The notes under the pieces were generated by a model. The model was given only the letters and a program-made list of their open reading frames with translations, ran no database searches and was not told the origin of the DNA. The position numbers and the translations under genes were made by a program. Below, piece by piece: positions 20,722 through 30,308 of a stretch of 64,000 bases of DNA; position 1 is the stretch's first letter; every line of letters starts with the position of its first letter. Origin of the DNA: Gammaproteobacteria bacterium (GTDB taxonomy: Bacteria > Pseudomonadota > Gammaproteobacteria > JABABF01); the NCBI GenBank assembly GCA_965237805.1, contig OZ250153.1, positions 1,024,001 to 1,088,000 on the forward strand. The letters run 5' to 3'.

Positions 20722-20792
20722 TCGCGGCCAGTCAGTGTGCGCATTTGTGTATACTATGCAAAGCTGGCGGCACGAAATACGGCATTTTAGCG

Positions 20793-22169
20793 ATGGCTAA
20801 AGCGTTATCTCAAAAGTCCGGCTCGAAGAAAAAATCGCTCGAACTCCTTGCCAGCGCATTGGGCGAGCGTACCGAAACTATAGAAAAAGTGCGGGATTTG
20901 CTGCGTGGCTTGGTGCCACATCGCACCGCACAACTATTGGAAACACTCCCGCAAGCTAGCCGGCTCGTCGCTTGGGAGGTGCTGCCGCTGCACCGGCAAA
21001 CCGAGGTGCTCCAATTCCTGCGCCAAGATATGCGCGACCAATTCCTGCGCAACGCCAAAGTCGAAGACCGCGCCACCCTGTTTGCCAACATCCCCCAGCG
21101 CGAGCTGGCCGAGGTGATACGCAAGATGCCGCAAAAATTGGTGCCGGAGGTGTTGGACACGCTCGACGAGCAGGAAAAAGATCGCATCAAACGCGTGTTG
21201 TCCTTCGACGAGCAGCAAGCGGGCTCCCTGATGCGCACCGATGCGGTCACCGTGCGCAAAACCTTGAGCATGGAGGTGGTGGTGAAGTTCCTGCGCCGCC
21301 ACGCGGCTCTCCCAGAGAGCTTCGAGTATCTCTTCGTCGTCGATCGCACAGGGCTGTTGCTCGGCATGCTGCCTTTGCCGGAAGTGTTGCGGAGCACCCC
21401 CGATGAGACCGTCGAGCAGCGGATGACGCCAGCGGCAGATATCTTTCCCATCCTCGGCGACTCACTGGCCGATGAAGCCGCCCAACTGTTCCAGCGTCAT
21501 GAGTTGAAAGCCGCGCCAATCGTCGACGAGCAGGGAATCTTCGTCGGCTACCTGAGCTCCGACGATGTCAGAAACTATGCGCGCGACAACGCCGACCAGA
21601 TGATGCGACGCCGTGGCGGCATCAGCGATGATGAAGCCGATACCTTTGCCCCGGTGTTGATGGCAGCACCGAACCGCATTATTTGGCTGTGCATCAACTT
21701 GGCGACGGCGATCATCGCCTCGGCGACGATCCGAGTGTTCGAGGACACCTTGGCAAAAGTAGTCGCTCTCGCCATCTTGATGCCGATCGTCTCAAGCATG
21801 GGCGGCATCGCTGGCACCCAAACCCTGACGGTGATGATTCGTGGCCTCGCTCTCGGCAATATCGCCCAACACAACACCCTATGGCTGATCAATCGCGAAC
21901 TGTTGCTGAGCGCGCTCAATGGTTTCGCTTTGGCCAGCTTGGTGGCGATCGGCGCGGCATGGTGGTTCGATGACCCCCTGCTCGGCCTGATCATTTCCTC
22001 CGCCCTGTTGATCAACCTGATGACAGCTGGTCTCGCCGGAGCCTACCTACCGCTGATGTTGAAAAAAATGCGCATCGATCCTGCCGTCGCCAGCGGGGTG
22101 ATCTTGACGACTATCACCGATGTGGTCGGCTTCGCATCCTTTCTCGGCTTGGCCACCATCGCCTACTGA
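20793..22169 (+). CDS. mgtE: Magnesium transporter MgtE
   Basis: AGSLM + CBS pair, MPIVSSMGGIAGTQ, IDPAVASGVILTTITDVVG. Confidence 0.95.
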   Translation: MAKALSQKSGSKKKSLELLASALGERTETIEKVRDLLRGLVPHRTAQLLETLPQASRLVAWEVLPLHRQTEVLQFLRQDMRDQFLRNAKVEDRATLFANIPQRELAEVIRKMPQKLVPEVLDTLDEQEKDRIKRVLSFDEQQAGSLMRTDAVTVRKTLSMEVVVKFLRRHAALPESFEYLFVVDRTGLLLGMLPLPEVLRSTPDETVEQRMTPAADIFPILGDSLADEAAQLFQRHELKAAPIVDEQGIFVGYLSSDDVRNYARDNADQMMRRRGGISDDEADTFAPVLMAAPNRIIWLCINLATAIIASATIRVFEDTLAKVVALAILMPIVSSMGGIAGTQTLTVMIRGLALGNIAQHNTLWLINRELLLSALNGFALASLVAIGAAWWFDDPLLGLIISSALLINLMTAGLAGAYLPLMLKKMRIDPAVASGVILTTITDVVGFASFLGLATIAY

Positions 22170-22219
22170 AGGCAGCTGCCACTGGCAGAGGATGCGGCTC
22201 ACTTTGGGTGCCGCTCGAC

Positions 22220-25132
22220 TCAGGGCTCTGTCAGCTCGGCATCCGCAGCTTGCTCGGATAACACAGCGGCCGTCTCTGCGGGCGGTGGCTCAGCCTGTCG
22301 CTTGCCCAATTCCAAGTCTGCCCACGGCCCCTTGATGGTATAGACAACATGTGCCAAGCGGTTCACCCCAGAGCCGACAATTTTGCTTGCCAGCCAAGTG
22401 CCAGCAAAAAGCAACGGCACACTACCGACAGCAATCAGCGCCATCAACGGTAGATTGTCGGCCAAATACAGCGTCACATCCAGCTCGCCATCGACAGTCC
22501 CCGCAACCAAGTCAGCCTCGCCACGCAACACAAACTTTCCCTCATTGGCACCGACTGTGGTGCCGTAATCGGGGTCGAAGTGCAAGCGGCCATCCGCCAT
22601 AAAGGCGCGTGCCTGCACTTCCTGGAAGCGCAGGCCATGGCTCTCCAGAGAGCGCAGGCTCGGCAACACGCCACGCAAGATATTGCTGAAGCTGAGCAAG
22701 CCGATCACCTTGAGTATTCCCGGTCGCTCGACATCGGGGAACTCGCCCCGCCCCAGCTCGAAGCGTATGTCGCCGCGCAATGTTTGCAAATCGAAGTCGG
22801 CCAGCTCCCCGGGCCAAGAGAGTGTGGCGAGCAAATGCCCGTCTTTGCCTGTCACGACTGGAGCCACGCCCAGCTGTGTGAACAACTCGCCCATATCCGG
22901 TATTTCCAAGCCGCCTTCAAACAGCGTTGTCCAGCCATCTTCGTCCAGCCATTGCACCATCTTGGCACCGGTGCCGTCTGCGGCACTGCTGCGTAGGGTG
23001 ATCCCCGCTTTGTCCGCGTACATGTTTTCTACCAGCATCCGGCGCACACCCGCATAGACATCGAAACGCCAAACACCGAGATCGTACTTGCCCATGTGAA
23101 ATGAATCGACCGTGACTGGCACCCACACCGTATCGGTAGATTCCGGCAGACGGCTGGGTCGGAAGGTCCTCATCGCAGTGGTGGTCACCGACGGCAGTGT
23201 TGACTGCGCTATCGCCAACAAATTGGGCAGGCGGACGAATTCACAATGGCCGTATACCTGCGCATCGCCATAGCGCTGCGAGAAAACCGCACGGGCATAA
23301 GGAGCCTCTATGCTGAGGGTCCAGCTGCTCTCCGTCGTGCGCAACACGCCGAGCCCACTAGGCATCGGGGCTCGGAATATCTCGGCCGCGTCATAGTTCA
23401 TTGTCACTGCGCCTAACACCCCATCGAAATCGATAACCCCCGATATGTTGTCGAAGATCAGCCCGCGGATGATCATCAGATCCCAATTGTCGTAATGCCC
23501 CGTGACCCGGATGCGATTGGACACATCCAAGATATCCCCCGGTTTGTCCAGCGCCATGTCCACAGACAGTTCGCGCAATACACCTGCGCTGGTGCCCGTG
23601 GCAAACCACTCTGGCATCACTTCGTCAAAGGCCGCGATGGGCATATGGTTTATCAATTCGATGAACTCCAGCTCGCGAATATTTGCTTGGCCTGATACGC
23701 TGTCCAATTCGCCGGTGTTCGACAGCCGCAATTGGAGATTGCTCACCGTGGCGACGCCGTCGCCCTGCGACATGTGCAGCTGGGCCGAAGGGATTTCAAC
23801 CACCGCCGCATCCTCATAGAAATTGATGTGCACTTTGGCATCAAACTCACGATAAGGCAGCACGGTGCCGTAGACCGCAGGCACCCAAAGTGCCAGCTGC
23901 ATCCCCTCCAGCGACCTCCCTGCCAGCTGCGACCCTTCCAGCTGCAACCCCTCCAGCTGCGACCCCTCCAGCTGAGCCCGGATCAAGCCCGGCACGGCCA
24001 ACAGCTCGCCGGACACACCGGCAAAGCCCGGCACACCAGCGATCAAGGGGACGGCTTGCAGCCCCTTGAAGCGCATGGAGATTTCCGGCAGCAACGGTTT
24101 ACCCGGTCGGCTGCGGCTCAGCGACAGCCGCAGTTTGCTCACCGTGCCGCCAATCTGCAGTTGCTTCAGTGCAGACCAGCCCAAGGCCTCCGCCATACCG
24201 GAGTCGGACAAAGAGGCGGCCAAAGTGCCGAGATCCAAATTGTCTATGTACATGCTGTAGAGATCGGCATTAGGCCATGCGACCGGGATATCCGGCACCC
24301 GCACCGAACGCCCCAAGTAGTCAAAACGCAGCGCACGCAGACTACCGCGCCAAGTGTCCCGCCCCGAGCTGAAGCCATCGACAGTACCCTCCACCGCGCT
24401 GGCCGCCATCTCGGCTTCGCCCGAACGCAACGTCAGTTGCGGGCTGTTAAAAGCGGCGGCCCGCGTGGTGATGCGGTGCCAGAAGGGGCCCGCCCGCCCG
24501 CTGCGTAGATAGACATGCAAAGCGGGGGCATGTAAAGAGGGCGCAGCATCACCACTACCAAACTGCATTGCGATGCTGCCACGCAAGGAGCTGTGCCAAG
24601 ACAAAGGCCCCAATGGTGCGTTTAATGCCTGCTCGATCGAAATGCGCAGCTGCGCACCGCCCTCCTGCTCGACATGCAGGCGGCAGTCCCGCAGCTCGTG
24701 GTTGGTAATATGCAACCGTCGTAGCAGCTCCCCAACACCCCATGCGGACTGCTTGCTCGCAGCGGACGCGCTCGGTGCCAGAGCTAAGTTCAGCTGGCAA
24801 CCACGCACCACCACGTGGCTCAGCGATAGGCTCCGCGTCCACAAACTGCGCAACAAATTCACTCGCAGCTCGATATATGCGCTGCTAAAAATCCCACTGG
24901 GAGCGGTGATATGGAGATTGCGCAATACAATGCGTGGGTGCCATTGAAAGCCGTCTGTTTCCACTTCGGCAGCGAGGGAAGCTCCGGCGTGTACGCGTGC
25001 GGCTGCGACCAATTCATCCCATCCATCCTCAAGACTGTGGACGTAGACTCGAGCCAAGTTGACCGCTACCGCCCCCAAAGCCAGCACCAGCACTAGGCTG
25101 ATCAGAGCTAGGCGTAATGAAAATTTGAACAT
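22220..25132 (-). CDS. yhdP: AsmA-like YhdP family phospholipid bridge protein (shortened, 970 aa)
   Basis: N-terminal TM anchor, WHPRIVL, VPGFAGVSG, LSWPG, C-terminal YTIKGPWAD; conserved position between gatC and the rapZ cluster. Confidence 0.72.
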   Translation of the reverse strand: MFKFSLRLALISLVLVLALGAVAVNLARVYVHSLEDGWDELVAAARVHAGASLAAEVETDGFQWHPRIVLRNLHITAPSGIFSSAYIELRVNLLRSLWTRSLSLSHVVVRGCQLNLALAPSASAASKQSAWGVGELLRRLHITNHELRDCRLHVEQEGGAQLRISIEQALNAPLGPLSWHSSLRGSIAMQFGSGDAAPSLHAPALHVYLRSGRAGPFWHRITTRAAAFNSPQLTLRSGEAEMAASAVEGTVDGFSSGRDTWRGSLRALRFDYLGRSVRVPDIPVAWPNADLYSMYIDNLDLGTLAASLSDSGMAEALGWSALKQLQIGGTVSKLRLSLSRSRPGKPLLPEISMRFKGLQAVPLIAGVPGFAGVSGELLAVPGLIRAQLEGSQLEGLQLEGSQLAGRSLEGMQLALWVPAVYGTVLPYREFDAKVHINFYEDAAVVEIPSAQLHMSQGDGVATVSNLQLRLSNTGELDSVSGQANIRELEFIELINHMPIAAFDEVMPEWFATGTSAGVLRELSVDMALDKPGDILDVSNRIRVTGHYDNWDLMIIRGLIFDNISGVIDFDGVLGAVTMNYDAAEIFRAPMPSGLGVLRTTESSWTLSIEAPYARAVFSQRYGDAQVYGHCEFVRLPNLLAIAQSTLPSVTTTAMRTFRPSRLPESTDTVWVPVTVDSFHMGKYDLGVWRFDVYAGVRRMLVENMYADKAGITLRSSAADGTGAKMVQWLDEDGWTTLFEGGLEIPDMGELFTQLGVAPVVTGKDGHLLATLSWPGELADFDLQTLRGDIRFELGRGEFPDVERPGILKVIGLLSFSNILRGVLPSLRSLESHGLRFQEVQARAFMADGRLHFDPDYGTTVGANEGKFVLRGEADLVAGTVDGELDVTLYLADNLPLMALIAVGSVPLLFAGTWLASKIVGSGVNRLAHVVYTIKGPWADLELGKRQAEPPPAETAAVLSEQAADAELTEP
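23893..23974. repeat. 15-bp tandem repeat (about 5.5 units) encoding (QLEGS)n in yhdP
   Basis: ccagctgcatcccct ccagcgacctccctg ccagctgcgaccctt ccagctgcaacccct ccagctgcgacccct ccagctg. Confidence 0.92.
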
Positions 25133-25342
25133 GGTGCTCCACAGCTGCTTAAACACCCTGAGAACAAATGTCGGATCGGGCCAATCCACCGCTCGACACA
25201 CCGCAATGCGAACAAAATATGGCTTGCGCCAAAGCACGTCGGGCTCGGCTGGCTATTTTACAATAGACGCTGATTGCATCGCATATACTTTAGTCAGAAA
25301 ACGCAATGTCTCAGCAACCATATCAGGGCAATCACGCCGATC

Positions 25343-25651
25343 ATGTCCCAAGGTGACGCATTGCCTCCCGATGAGTTGGATCGGCTCCAACAATTTGCCC
25401 GCCTCCGGTTGGAGGAACGTGACGTGGCGATCTTGCGCAACGACATCGCCGCCATCTTGCGCATGGTAGATCAGATGCGCGATGTCGATACCGACGGCGT
25501 GGAGCCGCTGACTCATCCATTGGAATTGCACCAACGCCTGCGCGACGACCACAGCCAATCGCTTGATCCCGGACAGGCTGAAGCGGAGCGACGGCAAAAT
25601 ACTTCGGCGTTGCGTCAAGGCTTCTACTTGGTGCCCCGAGTCGTGAGCTGA
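25343..25651 (+). CDS. gatC: Asp/Glu-tRNA amidotransferase subunit C
   Basis: FARLRL, VDTDGVEPLTHP, LRDD, FYLVPRV. Confidence 0.93.
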   Translation: MSQGDALPPDELDRLQQFARLRLEERDVAILRNDIAAILRMVDQMRDVDTDGVEPLTHPLELHQRLRDDHSQSLDPGQAEAERRQNTSALRQGFYLVPRVVS

Positions 25652-25664
25652 GCGGCATTGCGCC

Positions 25665-27119
25665 GTGGCCGCAACTGAGACCGCCACCCAGCTGCTTGCA
25701 GGGTTGTGCGACAAGACCTTCAGTAGCGAAGAGCTGACCCGGTACTATCTGGATCGGATCAAGGATCGCGCCGCTCGCTACAACTGCTTCATCACGCTCA
25801 ATACCGAGGCCGCAATGACACGGGCCAAGGCGATGGACCGCGCTCGCGCAGTTGGTCGGGGCGGTGCGCTGTGCGGGCTGCCGCTGGCGCACAAAGACAT
25901 CTTCTGCACCAAGGGCTTGCGCACCAGCTGCGGTTCACGCATGTTGGCGGATTTCGTGCCGCCTTACGATGCCACCGTGGTGCGCCGACTCGATGCAGCC
26001 GGTGCCGTCATGCTGGGCAAGACCAATATGGATGAGTTCGCCATGGGATCGTCCAACGAGACCAGCCACTTTGGTCCTGTGCGCAACCCTTGGGATGTAG
26101 AGCGTGTACCCGGCGGCTCTTCTGGCGGCTCAGCCGCCGCCGTCGCTGCCGGGCTCACACCGGCCGCCACTGGCACCGATACCGGCGGCTCCATACGCCA
26201 ACCGGCAGCGCTGTGTGGCATCACCGGCTTCAAGCCCAGCTATGGTCGCGTCTCGCGTTATGGCATGGTGGCTTTTGCTTCTAGCTTGGATCAGGCCGGG
26301 CCGCTGAGCCGCAGCGCCGAGGATGCCGCGCTACTGTTCAGCACCATGGCAGGCTTTGATCCCATGGATTCGACCAGCATCAATGCGGCGGTCCCCACGC
26401 CGAGCGAGCTGCTCGATAGCGCGGGTACCGCGCCGCGCATCGGCTTCATCCGCGAGCAGTTGGAAGAGGATCAGCTGCACCCCGCCGCAGCGCAGGCGGT
26501 ACGCGAAGCCATGGCGCTACTGGCTGGTGACAACGGGGGGCAAACGCTCAGCCTGCCACACGCCAATCTCGGCATCGCCGCCTACTATGTCATCGCCTCG
26601 GCCGAGTGCTGTAGCAACCTCGCCCGCTACGACGGTGTGCGCTACGGCCACCGCAGCACCTCGGCACAGGACAGCATCATGTTGACAGAGCGCAGCCGCA
26701 CCGAGGGATTCGGACTCGAGGTCAAGCGCCGCATTCTGTCGGGCAACTATGTGTTGTCTCAGGGTTACTACGAGGCCTATTACCGCAAGGCGCAGAAATT
26801 GCGCCGCCTGATCCAGCAAGATTTTCAGCGCGCTTTCGAAACGGTCGATCTGCTGATCGGGCCGACGGCTCCCGGCCCCGCTTTCCGCCTCGGGGAGCAG
26901 GTCGACCCCCTGAGCATGTACCGCCAAGACCTCTACACCATCCCGGCCAGCCTCGCCGGACTACCCGCCGTATCGGTGCCAGCTGGCTTCGCCGACGGCC
27001 AGCCGCTAGGCCTGCAAATCATCGGCCCCTACCTAGGCGAGGCGCAAGTGTTGGCGGCCGCACACCGCTTTCAGCAGCGTAGCAATTGGCATCTGCAATC
27101 ACCGGCTGCGGCGGCATGA
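25665..27119 (+). CDS. gatA: Asp/Glu-tRNA amidotransferase subunit A
   Basis: GKTNMDEFAMGSS, PGGSSGGS, GTDTGGSIRQPA, SNLARYDGVRYG. Confidence 0.97.
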   Translation: MAATETATQLLAGLCDKTFSSEELTRYYLDRIKDRAARYNCFITLNTEAAMTRAKAMDRARAVGRGGALCGLPLAHKDIFCTKGLRTSCGSRMLADFVPPYDATVVRRLDAAGAVMLGKTNMDEFAMGSSNETSHFGPVRNPWDVERVPGGSSGGSAAAVAAGLTPAATGTDTGGSIRQPAALCGITGFKPSYGRVSRYGMVAFASSLDQAGPLSRSAEDAALLFSTMAGFDPMDSTSINAAVPTPSELLDSAGTAPRIGFIREQLEEDQLHPAAAQAVREAMALLAGDNGGQTLSLPHANLGIAAYYVIASAECCSNLARYDGVRYGHRSTSAQDSIMLTERSRTEGFGLEVKRRILSGNYVLSQGYYEAYYRKAQKLRRLIQQDFQRAFETVDLLIGPTAPGPAFRLGEQVDPLSMYRQDLYTIPASLAGLPAVSVPAGFADGQPLGLQIIGPYLGEAQVLAAAHRFQQRSNWHLQSPAAAA

Positions 27120-28567
27120 TGGCTTGGGAAACGGTCATCGGGCTCGAGGTGCATGTCCAACTGGCAACCGCCAGCAAGCTGCTCTCCAGCACACCGACCA
27201 CCTTTGGCGCGGCACCCAACGAACACGCCAACCATTTTGATCTGGCACTGCCCGGCACCCTGCCAGTGGTCAATGCTGAGGCGGTGCGTTGCGCCGTGCT
27301 GTTCGGCTTGGCAGTCGATGCCGAGCTCGCGCGACGCTCTGTTTTCGCCCGCAAGCACTATTTCTATCCGGATCTGCCCAAAGGCTATCAGACCAGCCAA
27401 TACGAACAGCCCATCGTCGGCCGGGGCACGCTCTGCGTATCGCTTCCGGACGGGCGTGAAAAGATTGTCGGCATCACCCGCGCCCACCTCGAAGAAGACG
27501 CCGGAAAATCTCTGCACGACCGCTTCGCGGGCCAGACTGCGCTCGATTTCAATCGCGCTGGCGTGCCATTGCTGGAAATCGTCTCGGATCCTGATATGCG
27601 CTCGGCAGCAGAGGCGGTCGCCTATCTGCGCAGCCTGCACGAGATCGTCCGCCGCATCGGCATCTCCGACGGCCGTATGGCCGAGGGGTCGATGCGCTGC
27701 GATGTCAATATTTCGCTGCGTGAAGCCGGGCAGCTCAGCTTGGGCAAGCGAGCCGAAATCAAGAATGTCAACTCATTCCGTTTTGTGGAACAAGCCATCG
27801 AACACGAAACCAAGCGCCAGCGGCTACTGCTGGAGAGCGGCGAGACACCGCGGCAAGAGACCAGACTCTACGACCCGGGCCGCAATGAAACACGCGCTAT
27901 GCGCAGCAAAGAGGAGGTGAACGACTACCGTTATTTCCCCGACCCCGACCTGTTGCCAGTGGTGCTGTCTGAGGAGTACATTGAGAGCTTGCGCCAAGCG
28001 CTGCCCGAGCTGCCAGCCGCATCTCGACAGCGGCTGCGCGAACAGCACCAACTCAACCCGCAAATCGCCGCACAGCTGGCCGACGACAGTGCCACGCTAC
28101 GCTTCTTCGACGCGGTGGCCGACAGCTGTGGGCACAGCACCCTAGCCGCCAACTGGGTGACTGGTGCACTGCTGGCCAAGCTCAGGCACCATGGCCTCGA
28201 TATCGCGCACAGCCGGGTGAGCGCAACACATTTGGCCGAGTTGTTGCGGCGGCTCGCCGACGGCAAGATGTCGAGCAAAATGGCCAAGGAGGTGTTTGCC
28301 GCCATGTGGGAACAGCAATGTGATGCTGGGCGCATTATTGAGCAGCAGGGCTTGTCACAGATCTCGGACGAAAGCGAGCTCGACACGCTGATCCAGCAAA
28401 TACTGGCAGAGCACGCCGCGCAGGTGGAGCAATACCGGGCGGCCGCCCCGGAGAAACGCAAAAAAATGCTCGGTTTCTTTGTCGGCCAGTTGATGCGAAA
28501 AAGCAGCGGACAGGCCAACCCATCCCTCGCCAACACCCTTTTTCTGCGCCGCTTGGAAGTCAACTAG
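27116..28567 (+). CDS. gatB: Asp/Glu-tRNA amidotransferase subunit B
   Basis: VIGLEVH, YFYPDLPKGYQ, HLEEDAGKS, MRCDVN, DYRYFPDPDL. Confidence 0.97.
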   Translation: MMAWETVIGLEVHVQLATASKLLSSTPTTFGAAPNEHANHFDLALPGTLPVVNAEAVRCAVLFGLAVDAELARRSVFARKHYFYPDLPKGYQTSQYEQPIVGRGTLCVSLPDGREKIVGITRAHLEEDAGKSLHDRFAGQTALDFNRAGVPLLEIVSDPDMRSAAEAVAYLRSLHEIVRRIGISDGRMAEGSMRCDVNISLREAGQLSLGKRAEIKNVNSFRFVEQAIEHETKRQRLLLESGETPRQETRLYDPGRNETRAMRSKEEVNDYRYFPDPDLLPVVLSEEYIESLRQALPELPAASRQRLREQHQLNPQIAAQLADDSATLRFFDAVADSCGHSTLAANWVTGALLAKLRHHGLDIAHSRVSATHLAELLRRLADGKMSSKMAKEVFAAMWEQQCDAGRIIEQQGLSQISDESELDTLIQQILAEHAAQVEQYRAAAPEKRKKMLGFFVGQLMRKSSGQANPSLANTLFLRRLEVN

Positions 28568-28570
28568 ATC

Positions 28571-28867
28571 ATGAAAAAGGACAAGCGGGTAGTCATCGAC
28601 GAGGTGTGGACAGAGCAGAGGGTGCGGGGATTTTTGCGGCTACAGGCACCGGTAGGCGTGGATGGTGATTTTTTCACACTACTGCGCGCCTACCAGAGTA
28701 TGCGGCTTGAGGATTTTGAGCGGTTCATCGACTTTTTCCAAGCTGAACAGCGCAATCTCAGCGCTCGCTCGCAACATGGTGAGACCATCCTCAGCATCAT
28801 CTCAAAGCACCGCCGCAGCGGAGCCTATGCCGAGCTGTTGCAACGCGCGGGAGCGACGGGCGGGTAG
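28571..28867 (+). CDS. Small conserved protein, PA4642-like family
   Basis: MKKDK..IDE, LRAYQSMRLEDFERFIDFF, IISKHR pattern recalled from this family. Confidence 0.72.
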   Translation: MKKDKRVVIDEVWTEQRVRGFLRLQAPVGVDGDFFTLLRAYQSMRLEDFERFIDFFQAEQRNLSARSQHGETILSIISKHRRSGAYAELLQRAGATGG

Positions 28868-28938
28868 CGCCCCCGGCAATGGCGACCAGACAAGGCAAAC
28901 TCTGGCAGAGTTTGCCACCACGGCAGCGGGACGCGGCG

Positions 28939-29955
28939 CTACATTTTGGGAGGCAAAAAATCCTCATTTAATTGTCTGCAGATCTGCTCCGTCAACCGCC
29001 CCCCATGGAGCTTCGCCAAATGCGCTGCGACATAATTGGCAAAATTCCCCGCATGCAGCAGCGAGTAGCCCCTGATCAGGCTGTAGAGAAAAACGCCGGC
29101 AAAGGCATCGCCAGCGCCGTTGGTGTTGATGGGCACAACGGGGTGCGGCTCAATCTGAGTCGTCTGCCCCTCATGTATCAGTATCGCGCCATCCGCACCA
29201 GCGGTGACAACGACACAGCGTGCGAGCGCGGCCAACGCCGGCGATGCGCTCTCCAGCGTGTCGGCACCGCTCCAAGCCAAGGCCTCGGCGCGATTGCAGA
29301 ACAGCAAGTCGACGCCATCGTCTCCGAATAGCTGGTCTAGGCCCTCGCGACAATGTTTGACGATATTGACATCGGACAAGCTGATGGCGATTGGGACAGC
29401 AGCGGCGGTGGCCAAGCGGCGCGCATGCAATGCCACTTCCAAGCCGTTTTCAGAGCCGACCAAATAGCCTTCTATATAGGCGTAGCGGGATGCGGCCAAG
29501 GCTGCGGCATCGATGTCGTCGGGAGCGATGTCCAGATTGGAGCCGAGTGCCGTCTGTAGCGTGCGCTCGGCATCACCGGTGAGTAGAACCAAGCAACGTC
29601 CGGTAGGCTGACCACCCTGCACCCCACCCAGAGGACGGTATCCGATTCCAGCCTGCGCGAGGCCGCGCAAAAAGATCTCACCCATCGCGTCGTTGTCGAC
29701 ACGGCAGGCAAAGTAGGCATTGGCACCCAAGTGGCTGGCCGTGATCACCGCATTGGCCGCCGAGCCGCCACAGGACTCACCGTATATCTTGCCCTGTGCA
29801 CCGAGCTGTTCGATATTCCGTTGCACGTCCTCATGACTACTGAGCGTCATGGATCCCTTGTCCAAGCCAAGCTCGGACAACAAGGGGGCGTCGACATGGC
29901 ATTCTATGTCGAGCAAGGCGGCACCCACGCCAAATAAATCGTAGCGACCGACCAT
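28939..29955 (-). CDS. PfkB family carbohydrate/adenosine kinase
   Basis: GGSAAN, TGRC..DAERT, YIEGY, LFCN..EA, NTNGAGDAFAG. Confidence 0.9.
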   Translation of the reverse strand: MVGRYDLFGVGAALLDIECHVDAPLLSELGLDKGSMTLSSHEDVQRNIEQLGAQGKIYGESCGGSAANAVITASHLGANAYFACRVDNDAMGEIFLRGLAQAGIGYRPLGGVQGGQPTGRCLVLLTGDAERTLQTALGSNLDIAPDDIDAAALAASRYAYIEGYLVGSENGLEVALHARRLATAAAVPIAISLSDVNIVKHCREGLDQLFGDDGVDLLFCNRAEALAWSGADTLESASPALAALARCVVVTAGADGAILIHEGQTTQIEPHPVVPINTNGAGDAFAGVFLYSLIRGYSLLHAGNFANYVAAHLAKLHGGRLTEQICRQLNEDFLPPKM

Positions 29956-30118
29956 CTCAAGCAACCCAGACAATCGCGGAATAAGCGTTTTAGTATAGCA
30001 ATGCAACAGTGCAAGGATCGGTGCCCATCATGGTGATAGGTGCCGAGCACGTCCAGCTGGTAGCGTGTGGCGCACCGGACACAGACCGCAACCAAGGCCG
30101 AGCCAAAGCGGCGTCAAG

Positions 30119-30192
30119 TGGCTACGGGTGGACTTGAACCACCGACCCCGGCATTATGAGTGCCGTGCTCTAACCAACTGAGCTACGTAGCC
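30119..30192 (-). tRNA. tRNA-Met (CAT), elongator type; 3' CCA not encoded
   Basis: GGCTACGTAGCTCAGTTGGTTAGAGCACGGCACTCATAATGCCGGGGTCGGTGGTTCAAGTCCACCCGTAGCCA folds as a cloverleaf. Confidence 0.96.
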
Positions 30193-30308
30193 GCTCGGTA
30201 GCAGCTGATTAAGAGTTTAATTGTCGCCACTGGCAGGTCACCATGTCAAACCGCCATGACCTCAACCGGTTGGTATTCCCGCCGCAGTACAGCGTCGCTC
30301 GCGGCGAG

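Noticed and set aside
20722-20792. Mg2+ riboswitch upstream of mgtE; T-box upstream of glyQS (46296-46438)
   Set aside because: Spacers are too short and lack the conserved motifs
23893-23974. Repeats as a CRISPR array
   Set aside because: 15-bp tandem units without spacers, in frame within a CDS; no cas genes
28868-30308. Possible island integrated at tRNA-Met
   Set aside because: No integrase, no duplicated tRNA 3' end; flanks are housekeeping genes
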